From: an uncultured Methanoregulaceae archaeon
Lineage (GTDB): Archaea; Halobacteriota; Methanomicrobia; Methanomicrobiales; Methanospirillaceae
Direction: 5' to 3'
DNA length: 64,000 nucleotides
Assembly: GCA_963701095.1 (NCBI GenBank)
Contig: OY969564.1
Span: forward strand, 1,504,001-1,568,000
Part shown: positions 44,169-52,666 of the stretch, in pieces
Position numbering within the stretch: position 1 is the first letter of the stretch
Layout of the letters: each line of letters starts with the position of its first letter
Translations under genes and position numbers: made by a program
Notes under the pieces: model-generated
Seen by the model: only the letters and a program-made list of their open reading frames with translations
Told to the model about the DNA's origin: nothing
Databases searched by the model: none

Positions 44169-44351
44169 CAAGGATCGTTTTAGGATTATCCCAACGTCGA
44201 TGAGGGTAAACGGGCTATAATACCTATCTTCTCATTTTTGCCATTTTTATTCAGGAACCACCTGGGACAGGTAGATGGTTCCTCTCGTTTTATATTGCCA
44301 CCATGTTTATTGCCGCATATTACATTTTATTTTTAAAAGGAGGTATCCTGC

Positions 44352-45155
44352 GTGGTCCAGAAAATTTCTGTGCTTTACGTCGATGATGAACCCGGCTTAT
44401 TGGAAATCGGCAAAATTTTTCTCGAAAAGAGCGGACAATTTTCTGTTGATATCGTTACCTCGGCTCCGGATGCACTGGCCATTCTTGCTACGAAGACCTA
44501 CGATGCCATTCTTTCCGATTACCAGATGCCCGAAATGGACGGCATTGAATTTTTAAAGAGTGTCAGGGCATCGGGAAACACTATTCCGTTTCTCATTTTA
44601 ACCGGAAGAGGACGTGAAGAGATAGTTATCCAGGCGTTAAACGAAGGAGCCAATTACTATATTCAGAAAGGAGGGAAACTGGTACCGCAGTTCACTGAAA
44701 TTGCACACCAGATCCGGCACGCAGTCCAGGAAAGATGGGCTGAATCTGACCTCCGCAATCTCGAACGTCGGGAATCTGATATCCTTGACTTTATGCAGGA
44801 ACCAACGTTTACAATCGATATATCCGGGCAGGTTACATCCTGGAATTGTGCTATCGAGAATCTTACCGGTGTTCCGGCAACGGAAATACTCGGGAAAGGG
44901 GATCATGAATACGCGATCCCTTTTTTTGAAAAACGGCTGCCGATCCTTATCGATCTTATCCTCTGGCCAAACATAACCGTGGCCGGTCGTTATGAACACA
45001 TTACCCGCGATGGAGATGTCCTGATCGCAGATACAATTCTAACTTCTCGAACTGGCTCAACGGTTATGCTTCACGAAAGGGCAGGTCCGTTGTATAACCG
45101 GGATGGTGAGATTGATGGTGCAATTGAATCTATCAAAGAAATTGTGAACCTCTGA
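44352..45155 (+). CDS. Response regulator receiver plus PAS domain protein
   Basis: VLYVDDE, SDYQMPEMDG, LTGRG and YIQKGG; PAS WN.AIE.LTG...GAIESI. Confidence 0.9.
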   Translation: MVQKISVLYVDDEPGLLEIGKIFLEKSGQFSVDIVTSAPDALAILATKTYDAILSDYQMPEMDGIEFLKSVRASGNTIPFLILTGRGREEIVIQALNEGANYYIQKGGKLVPQFTEIAHQIRHAVQERWAESDLRNLERRESDILDFMQEPTFTIDISGQVTSWNCAIENLTGVPATEILGKGDHEYAIPFFEKRLPILIDLILWPNITVAGRYEHITRDGDVLIADTILTSRTGSTVMLHERAGPLYNRDGEIDGAIESIKEIVNL

Positions 45156-45213
45156 TGTATCGGAATGGATTTATGAGTATTTTTCAAAAAAGAGGAAAAT
45201 GATTCGTACTTCG

Positions 45214-45867
45214 TCAAATTCCCTTTCCTTTTTTCATAGACCCGTATATTTTGACAAAGACCGAAACGAGTGCGACAAGTGACACCGCAATAATCGCGTA
45301 CACGATGAACGTGAAGTTTGCCTGAACAATCGGGAGATTGCCTACAAAATAACCGGCGAGCAGGAAGACGCATGACCACATAACACCACCAAGGATATTG
45401 TATCCCAGGAACCAGGAATAGCGCATCTTCCCCACACCGGCGAGGAACGGTGCAAACGTCCTGATAAAGGGCATGAACCGGGCTATAACGATGGTAAAGC
45501 CGCCATATTTTTCAAAATACTGGTGTGTCTCCTCGAGATGCTCCTTTTTGACAAGCGAGTATTTCCATTCAAGTATTTTCATTTCGAAGGTATAGCCGAT
45601 CCAATAATTGAGAGTATCGCCAAGTACGCATGCAAGAATCAGACTGCCAAGCAGAACCCATATATTGAGCATCCCGGCCCCAGCAAGTGTTCCTGCAACA
45701 AACAACATGGAGTCACCCGGTAAATAGGGTGCAATCACCAAGCCCGTCTCGCAGAACAGAATAAGGAAAAGGATAACATACGTCCACAGCCCGTACTGCT
45801 GGAGAATCCCCGGGAGGTACTTATCAAAGTGCAGTACCAAGTCGATAAAGGTGAACGGAAGTACCAT
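45214..45867 (-). CDS. dedA: DedA-family membrane protein
   Basis: FCETGL..PYLPGDSMLF, GD..NYWIG and ARFMPFIRTFAPF.AG. Confidence 0.93.
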   Translation of the reverse strand: MVLPFTFIDLVLHFDKYLPGILQQYGLWTYVILFLILFCETGLVIAPYLPGDSMLFVAGTLAGAGMLNIWVLLGSLILACVLGDTLNYWIGYTFEMKILEWKYSLVKKEHLEETHQYFEKYGGFTIVIARFMPFIRTFAPFLAGVGKMRYSWFLGYNILGGVMWSCVFLLAGYFVGNLPIVQANFTFIVYAIIAVSLVALVSVFVKIYGSMKKGKGI

Positions 45868-45941
45868 CGTACATCATCATTGAACAGAGAGTGATAAATG
45901 AGTTGGGGCAGTACTGAAGGACACGAATAACCTAAAAAAAA

Positions 45942-46151
45942 TTAATCGCCCCGGATCTGGTGAATCCTCAGGAGCCCGGCACAAGATCTGCAAGTATAAT
46001 ATTCATCCTTCCAGCAGGTTTCACAGGCCCAGCGTCCGCAAAGCACACACTGCCGGAGCTCCGAGATCGGGTGCGGGGTATTGCAGAGATCGCACGTGAA
46101 TTGAGCGAAACTATGCGGGTCCTTTGCCGGGGGTTCCCCTTGCTTACGCAT
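45942..46151 (-). CDS. Small 8-Cys zinc-finger protein
   Basis: CDLC...CVLCGRWACETC...CRSC in 69 aa. Confidence 0.75.
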   Translation of the reverse strand: MRKQGEPPAKDPHSFAQFTCDLCNTPHPISELRQCVLCGRWACETCWKDEYYTCRSCAGLLRIHQIRGD

Positions 46152-46197
46152 CACGGTGATCTCTTTTTTGAGATCACGGATACGATCTGAGGAACTT

Positions 46198-46554
46198 TTA
46201 TTTTTTGGCGTTTCCTTTGCCGGCCAGTTCTTTTTCCAGAACGTCAAGGCGCGCCTCCAGCGATGAGAGCGTATTCTTCATCCCGGACTCGTAGTTCTTC
46301 AGTTCTGCAACCCGCGCCTCATCCTGTTCGAGCTCAGAACTGCGCTGATCCTGAAATTTCGCGAGTCGGGTCTTGGTGACAAGCTGCCAGTCTTCCACCA
46401 TGCTCTGGAACCTGCGGTCAAGGTACTCGTCTACCCGGCTCTCCACAGGACTCGTGATCGCAAGATCACCTTTTGCACCCTTGAAAAAATAATACACGAG
46501 GAACAGGAGGATACAAAGGACAATGACAAGGAAAATAAAAGTAAGAAAATCCAT
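46198..46554 (-). CDS. Membrane-anchored coiled-coil protein (paralog 3)
   Basis: N-terminal TM helix, VDEYLDRRFQSMVEDWQLVT and heptad-rich tail. Confidence 0.8.
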   Translation of the reverse strand: MDFLTFIFLVIVLCILLFLVYYFFKGAKGDLAITSPVESRVDEYLDRRFQSMVEDWQLVTKTRLAKFQDQRSSELEQDEARVAELKNYESGMKNTLSSLEARLDVLEKELAGKGNAKK

Positions 46555-46555
46555 A

Positions 46556-46778
46556 TCAGGCCCTCCCTTTCAGGCTTCCTGCACGCCGTTCCAGTTCAGT
46601 AAGTTTGTCCGCAGCTGCGTGTTCAAAGGCTTTTAACCGGGGAACCTCTTTTTCCAATGCCAGGAGCCGGTTGGTGAATTCTTCGAGATCAGACTTTCGT
46701 TGAGAGATCCCATTCCTCGACAATATATTTCATCCTGCGGTCCACGTAGGCATCCAGGTACGAGTCCATGCCAATCAT
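46556..46778 (-). CDS. Small coiled-coil protein (paralog 2; not in the ORF track, extra base at 46693)
   Basis: Translated by hand: MIGMDSYLDAYVDRRMKYIVEEWDLSTK|ADLEEFTNRLLALEKEVPRLKAFEHAAADKLTELERRAGSLKGRA; ATGA overlap with the upstream gene. Confidence 0.8.
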
Positions 46779-47092
46779 GACGATCGCTCCATAGATGTGA
46801 TCAGGTCATCTAACCGTTTTGCTCGTGCCTCGATAACGGCTCTTCCTGCGTAAAGGCTGCTGATCTCGTCACTTACCCGCGATAGCCGGCTTTCGAGTTT
46901 TTCGAGATCGCTTTCTGTCACGAGATCCCATTCTTCAATGATTGCCGCAAAGTGCTGGTCGAAATATGCGTCCAGCGATTTATCGAGCGTCGGAACATGC
47001 GATTCGATTATCCCGGGTAGCGTCGCAAACGTGTCCCAGAACGAATCCCCTGTCATGTTCCGGGTCGGATTCGGGTTGATAACTGGGTACAT
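46775..47092 (-). CDS. Small coiled-coil protein (paralog 1)
   Basis: LDAYFDQHFAAIIEEWDLVTESDLEKLESRL. Confidence 0.8.
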   Translation of the reverse strand: MYPVINPNPTRNMTGDSFWDTFATLPGIIESHVPTLDKSLDAYFDQHFAAIIEEWDLVTESDLEKLESRLSRVSDEISSLYAGRAVIEARAKRLDDLITSMERSS

Positions 47093-47095
47093 CTG

Positions 47096-47524
47096 TTATT
47101 TCACCTTCTTTTCCTGTTCCTGGACGTTACCGAGGAGATAATCCAGTTTCTTTGATTTTACGATACTTTCTAGACGGGTCAGGCGCTTGTCAAGGAGGTT
47201 TTCCTTTGCAAAATTATCAGTTCCAATCGCGGTATTTTCGTCTTCCACCTGTTTTATTGCTGCGGTCTGCTCAGGTGAGAACCGGGTGAACGGGAACATC
47301 TTTGATGCTTCGTGCTGCTGGAGGAGTTTGAGCTTATCCCGTTCCAGTTCCAGTTCAATAGTCCGGTTAGTCGTTTTCATTATTCGTATCTCACGGATGA
47401 TGAAGTAGATTATGGCCAACACCATGATGATGATAATACCCATAATGGCGATATCAGGGGTAAAGGTTACCGGGACGGATGCATCTGCCATGTTAGTACC
47501 CGCCGCAGTTGTTGATTCTTTCAT
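47096..47524 (-). CDS. Membrane-anchored coiled-coil protein
   Basis: TM helix IAIMGIIIIMVLAIIYFII followed by charged heptads. Confidence 0.8.
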   Translation of the reverse strand: MKESTTAAGTNMADASVPVTFTPDIAIMGIIIIMVLAIIYFIIREIRIMKTTNRTIELELERDKLKLLQQHEASKMFPFTRFSPEQTAAIKQVEDENTAIGTDNFAKENLLDKRLTRLESIVKSKKLDYLLGNVQEQEKKVK

Positions 47525-47538
47525 CTCTACATCTCATA

Positions 47539-48048
47539 TCAGAGATCATCTCCTTTACCGGTCACATTTTTCACGGTTTTCTTTACTTCCTTGGCGGTCT
47601 TTGCAGCAGATTTTCCGATACGATCGGACGCTTTTTTTGTTTCCTTTTTCAACGATTCGGCCGCAGTTGCCGCTTCTTCTTTTACTTCATGGACGGTTTT
47701 TTTTGCCGTTTCGTCCAGTTTCTGTGCGCCTTCTGAAATCGAAGTGCTTGCTTCCGCAACTGCTTTCGATACTTTTTCTTTTAACGGGGGTGTTTTCCTG
47801 ACAAGTACCTCATCACCCTCATTTATATCGAGCGCTTTAATATCCTCGACACTGACACGGATCTGCCCTGAAGAAACCATAGTATCGGCAATTACCGTAA
47901 CGCCAACCGATTTTTTGGAAATCTCGTTGATCAGGTCAACGCGGTCTCCTTCAGCAACGCCGAGTTCCGGGAGATTTTCAGTATTAATGCGTATCCGGCC
48001 GTGACTGGGAAACGCCCGCTTCTTAACGGTTAAACGTACATCCGGCAT
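47539..48048 (-). CDS. Double-psi beta-barrel (CDC48/VAT-N-like) domain with an A/K/E-rich amphipathic tail
   Basis: Internal repeat GRIRINTENLPELGVAEGDRV / GQIRVSVEDIKALDINEGDEV; low-complexity helical C-terminus. Confidence 0.7.
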   Translation of the reverse strand: MPDVRLTVKKRAFPSHGRIRINTENLPELGVAEGDRVDLINEISKKSVGVTVIADTMVSSGQIRVSVEDIKALDINEGDEVLVRKTPPLKEKVSKAVAEASTSISEGAQKLDETAKKTVHEVKEEAATAAESLKKETKKASDRIGKSAAKTAKEVKKTVKNVTGKGDDL

Positions 48049-48160
48049 AGATGAAAGAACAATGCTGATAAGGTATATATTTTCCTCAATTTTTCATTCT
48101 ACGCACAGTTATCAGCCTCAAGCGCCAATAGATTGGCAACAAATGGTAAGGTAATGTGTG

Positions 48161-49100
48161 ATGAAACACCAGTGCGATGAACCGGTTACCCAGATGCATA
48201 TCAGGCCGTCCATGACTGTCGGAGAATTGGTCAATGCCATGGGAAAAGCCGGGGCATACAACGGCGGCTCACTCTATCATGCAGCAGAAATTTATGAAAA
48301 AATGCTTCGGGATAGTGGCACGACAAAATTCTTTGGCCTGGCTGGCGCTATGGTCCCAGCCGGTATGGGTGGGATCGTCTCTGATCTTATAAGGGACGGT
48401 TATATCGATATCCTTGTCTCTACCGGGGCAAATCTTACGCACGATATTATCGAAGCTATTGGCTGCCGGCACTTCCACGGTTCAGCCTTTACAAGCGACA
48501 TCGAACTCCGGCACGATGAAATAAACCGTATCTACGATGTTTATCTTCCTAACGAAGCCTTCGAACATTTCGAGGTTTTCATGCAGGATGTTTTTGGTGA
48601 ACTTGAGCCTAATAGCACCATCTCCATTTCACGACTGCTGCGGCACATCGGTTCGCATCTGAAAACCGGTATTCTTGCAACGTCCGCACAAATGGAAATT
48701 CCGGTTTACTGCCCGGCGGTGCAGGATTCCATGGTCGGTCTGCAGTACCTGGCTCTTTTCTCAGACTACCAAGGTGACCGTTGACGCATTTGCTGATATG
48801 CCTGAGCTGCTTGACACCTGCTTTGCAACAAAGAAAGCCGGTGCTATTCTCGTCGGAGGAGGGGTTCCCAAAAATTTTATTTTGCAAAGCATGCTTATGA
48901 CTCCGAACGGTTTTGATTATGCAATCCAGCTGACGGGGGACCGGCCGGATCTTGGTGGCCTGTCAGGAGCAACGCTCGACGAAGCCCGATCGTGGGGCAA
49001 GATCACCGAAGAGGCTCGTGCCGTCACAGTGTATGGTGACGCCACGATCACCCTGCCGGTCCTTATCGCGGCCGTGATGGAGAGGTTATCCCATGCCTGA
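48161..49100 (+). CDS. dys: Deoxyhypusine synthase (frameshift at ~48749)
   Basis: STGANLTHD, INRIYD, GGGVPKNF, GGLSGATLDEARSWGK and GDATI. Confidence 0.93.
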
Positions 49101-49740
49101 GCTTATTCTTGCTCTCGATGTGACAGAAAAGAAAAAGGCGCTCGATATTGCCTGTACCTGCGCCCCGAACCTTGACGCAATCAAGATCGGTTATCCGCTT
49201 GTCCTCTCGGTTGGCCTCTCCATAGCCGCAGACCTTGAAAAAGCCGGTCTTCCTCTCATTGCTGACTTTAAGGTTGCCGATATTCCCAACACAAACAAGA
49301 TTATCTGCGATAAGGTATTCGATGCCGGTTTTTCAGGAATTATCTGTCACGGATTTCCCGGTATGGACTCGATGAAGGCTTGTGTTGCCTCGGCCCATTC
49401 ACACCATGGTGCATGCTACGTCGTTGCAGAGATGAGCCATCCGGGAGGGACCGAGTTTTTCTCTTCGGGTGTGGCGGAACGTATAGCAGGAAACGCCATC
49501 ATTGCAGGAGCTGATGGGATCATCGCACCTGCTACCCGGCCGGACCGGGTTCGGGTCCTGCGAGGTTTTGTTGGTAATAAAAAGATCCTCTCCCCGGGAA
49601 TCGGCGCACAAGGGGGGGATGCGGATGCAGTCGCCGCGCTTGTTGACGGTATCATCATAGGGAGGGCTATCTACGAGGCAGGGGATCCCGTGGCTGCAAC
49701 GCGGTCCTATGCGCGAGTCCGCAGAAGGGAAAGAGAATAA
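49093..49740 (+). CDS. pyrF: Orotidine-5'-phosphate decarboxylase
   Basis: LILALD, ADFKVADIPNT, EMSHPG and SPGIGAQGG. Confidence 0.96.
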   Translation: MPELILALDVTEKKKALDIACTCAPNLDAIKIGYPLVLSVGLSIAADLEKAGLPLIADFKVADIPNTNKIICDKVFDAGFSGIICHGFPGMDSMKACVASAHSHHGACYVVAEMSHPGGTEFFSSGVAERIAGNAIIAGADGIIAPATRPDRVRVLRGFVGNKKILSPGIGAQGGDADAVAALVDGIIIGRAIYEAGDPVAATRSYARVRRRERE

Positions 49741-49855
49741 ACAACTCTGTTTTTTCGACCCGATCCTTCATAGCGCACCCGTACGTACCGCGAATGCGAT
49801 ATTACCTTCGGAACAGGGTCTAAAAATTTATTAAGCCCTTATGCAATGTAGTAGT

Positions 49856-50217
49856 ATGGAATGGAGCACAGAACAAAGGAAAATGGCAGAAAAATACACA
49901 AAACTCGAAGAAATTCCCGAACAAGACCGAAAATACAAGTGCCATACCTGTCATCTCATCGTAGACCAGACGCCGTGCCCGAATTGTGGTGAGACAAAAC
50001 TCGAGATTATGTGCCCTCTCGACAACTGCCACTGCGTCCATGAAATGATATCAGGGATTGATTACTGCCCGCTCTGCGGTAAACCCGTCTGTCCAGAATG
50101 CGGGTCTCACGATGTTGTCCAGATCAGCCGGGTGACCGGTACCTGCAGGACGTTTCCGGCTGGAATGCTGGCAAGCAGCAGGAGCTCAAGGACCGGATCC
50201 GATACTCAATCGCATGA
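49856..50217 (+). CDS. Stand-alone NrdD-type glycyl-radical domain with Zn ribbons (one base missing at ~50139)
   Basis: Repaired frame: [42 protein letters not shown]-stop, with an ATGA overlap onto cbiZ. Confidence 0.85.
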
Positions 50218-51089
50218 GATATTACACAGACTCAGGTTCGCTTTTTGTCCGCGGTGCGTTCCGCGCCGCGAGTACCGGGATTTCCGGGGGAATCCGGAAT
50301 GTTACAACCCTTTTTAATCACATGGTCCCTGCGCAGTGGAACTATACCGCGCCTGAAAAAGAGATTGAACTGGTGGCAGCTGCTGCCGGTACCGGGCGGG
50401 ATGTTCTGGGTCTCTTAACTGCAGTTCCTATCCAGAACCTTTGCGTACTTCAATACGATTTTATCACGGTCTTTGTTACTGCGGGAATCCAAAAAAAAGT
50501 CACGGGCGCCGGGACCATAAATATTATCGCATATAGCAGTGAGGGTTTCGAAGACTCTGCACTGCTTGAAACCATTATGGTCGTTTCTGAGGCCAAGTCA
50601 GAAGCTCTGTTAGATCTTGGATTGGATTCGGGCACACCTACCGATGCTGTTATCGCCGCATGTGAAGGCGAATTAAAGCATCGGTACGCCGGACGGGTTA
50701 CCGAACCCGGACAACGTGTACGGGATGCAGTGCTCAGGGGGGTTCCTGAAGCCCTAAACCGCTTCGAACGTGATGTGCAACCCACACAACCGGCTTTCTT
50801 CATATACAGCCGATTGGATAGCGGTCATTGGGTCGAGTGGTCATCTGTTAACTGCCCATATTACCCCTGCCATTTTCAAGGACAGAGCTGCGACTTCTGC
50901 TACTGTCCATTCTACCCATGCAAAGATGAGACTCTCGGCGAATGGTCACCGAGCTCCTCAAACGGCCGCGTCTGGAATTGCTCGCGCTGCACGTTGCTTC
51001 ACGAACCGGACATTGCAGGCTACCTTAAGCACTATCCGGATGCGCCGCTCGAAGAGCTTGTGCGCCTTCGTAAAAGAAAGCTAAAATAA
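50214..51089 (+). CDS. cbiZ: Adenosylcobinamide amidohydrolase fused to a Cys-rich small domain
   Basis: VTAG, GTINII, SEAK and GTPTDAV; C-terminal CPYYPCH...CDFCYCPFYPC...WNCSRC..H. Confidence 0.85.
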   Translation: MRYYTDSGSLFVRGAFRAASTGISGGIRNVTTLFNHMVPAQWNYTAPEKEIELVAAAAGTGRDVLGLLTAVPIQNLCVLQYDFITVFVTAGIQKKVTGAGTINIIAYSSEGFEDSALLETIMVVSEAKSEALLDLGLDSGTPTDAVIAACEGELKHRYAGRVTEPGQRVRDAVLRGVPEALNRFERDVQPTQPAFFIYSRLDSGHWVEWSSVNCPYYPCHFQGQSCDFCYCPFYPCKDETLGEWSPSSSNGRVWNCSRCTLLHEPDIAGYLKHYPDAPLEELVRLRKRKLK

Positions 51090-51090
51090 G

Positions 51091-51285
51091 TTATCCGTTG
51101 ATCCCCAGCGCCTTTAAGAGCTCGGGAAGAGGAATACCGTGGGCCTCGGCCGCTTCGCGAATGGTCTCGCCGCGAGCAATGGCGCATCCGACACAGCCCA
51201 TGCCGAACTTGAAGAGGGCCTCGGTTGATTCGGGTTTTGCCTGGAGAAGATCGTAGATTGTTGAGTCTGCAGTTAATTCAGCCAT
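51091..51285 (-). CDS. DUF1858 / hybrid-cluster-associated redox disulfide domain protein
   Basis: GMGCVGCAIARGETIREAAEAHG. Confidence 0.88.
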   Translation of the reverse strand: MAELTADSTIYDLLQAKPESTEALFKFGMGCVGCAIARGETIREAAEAHGIPLPELLKALGING

Positions 51286-51418
51286 ACTACACTTAATTCC
51301 CGTACAGGGACATAAATCTCACCATAGGTATCCATGCGAAAAGCCTGATTACTTTCGCAACGCACGGTACCTGCTATATACACGTCATCCAATCCGATGT
51401 ACCACTGGAGATGTAAGA

Positions 51419-52666
51419 ATGGATTATTCCGAAGCTATCGAAAGAATCTCCCGAAAGTTCAAAAAAAGCGGTAATGAGATAAACCGCGAAAAGGTTGAGA
51501 TAAAGTTGCGCCGGCTGATCGAAGAATTTGGTGTCCAGCCTGCAGAGGCTGAGCGAAGTGTTTCAAACGAGCTTGCAAAAGAGTTTAACATCCCTCCGGC
51601 AAGCCCGCAGGGATCATCCAGTGCTGGTGGTGCGACTGGGCAAAAGGTAATTGCAGACGCCTGCCCCGGAGACTGGGTAACCCTGGAAGGGAAAGTGGTT
51701 TCCCTGGCTGCCCCTGCATCGCCGGCGATAGCCCAGAGCGGGATTGTAGCCGACGAATCCGGGGCGATCCGTTTTGTGGTTTGGGCCAAGTCTAATGCAC
51801 CAAAGATGAAAGAGGGCGCATGGTACCGTATCGAATCAGCTGTTGTTGACGAATACAAAAACATCCCCAACCTCAAGGTGCACTCGGGAACGACGATTAC
51901 CGAGATCGATAAATCTGATCCACTTATCCCATCACCAGTGCCGGTTAAGGATCTCCGGCCCGGTATTGGGAGCGTCCGCGCAAAAGTTATACAGGAGTGG
52001 GATGTCACTCACGACAGGATACTCCAGTCCGGCATCCTTGGAGACGAGACCGGCACGATCAAGTTTGTGATCTGGAAAGAGCCGGGAAAAGAGAAACTCA
52101 CGGTAGGCTCGGTCTACTCGGTTTTCTATACACAAGTTGATGAGTTCAACGAACGGTTGTCACTCAATCTTACAGGTGCAACCATCATGCAGGAGGAGGG
52201 AGACTTGGCAACAATAGCCAGTAGCGATGCAGAGATTCGCGGCGCTATCGTGCATATTGCGCCAGGCTCCGGAATTATCAAGCGATGTCCGGTCGAGGGG
52301 TGCAACCGTGCCCTGTCCCGGCAGAACTACTGCCCAATCCACGAGATCCAGCCGCAGTTTGTCTATGATCTCCGGATCAAAGGATGGCTGGACGATGGAG
52401 AGAGAACCCACAATCTCCTCTTGAAACGCGATGTCGTAGAAGCACTAACCGGGATAAATCTCGATCAGGCAAGGGAGATCGCGGAGAACAATCCTCTTGG
52501 CATGGATGAGGTCTTTTTGCAGATGCGGGAAAAAGTACTCGGCCGATATGTGGCCTGCAAGGGTCGCGAGATCGAGAACAGGCTTCTCGTTAACAACTGC
52601 GAGAGGATGCATTTTGAAAGTGGAGAACATACAAAGCTCCTCAACCGGGCCGGGGGTTCATCATGA
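51419..52666 (+). CDS. rpa: Replication protein A large subunit (OB folds plus Zn finger)
   Basis: Two G...DE[ST]G.I[RK]FV.W OB folds; CPVEGC..CPIH; LDDG. Confidence 0.9.
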   Translation: MDYSEAIERISRKFKKSGNEINREKVEIKLRRLIEEFGVQPAEAERSVSNELAKEFNIPPASPQGSSSAGGATGQKVIADACPGDWVTLEGKVVSLAAPASPAIAQSGIVADESGAIRFVVWAKSNAPKMKEGAWYRIESAVVDEYKNIPNLKVHSGTTITEIDKSDPLIPSPVPVKDLRPGIGSVRAKVIQEWDVTHDRILQSGILGDETGTIKFVIWKEPGKEKLTVGSVYSVFYTQVDEFNERLSLNLTGATIMQEEGDLATIASSDAEIRGAIVHIAPGSGIIKRCPVEGCNRALSRQNYCPIHEIQPQFVYDLRIKGWLDDGERTHNLLLKRDVVEALTGINLDQAREIAENNPLGMDEVFLQMREKVLGRYVACKGREIENRLLVNNCERMHFESGEHTKLLNRAGGSS

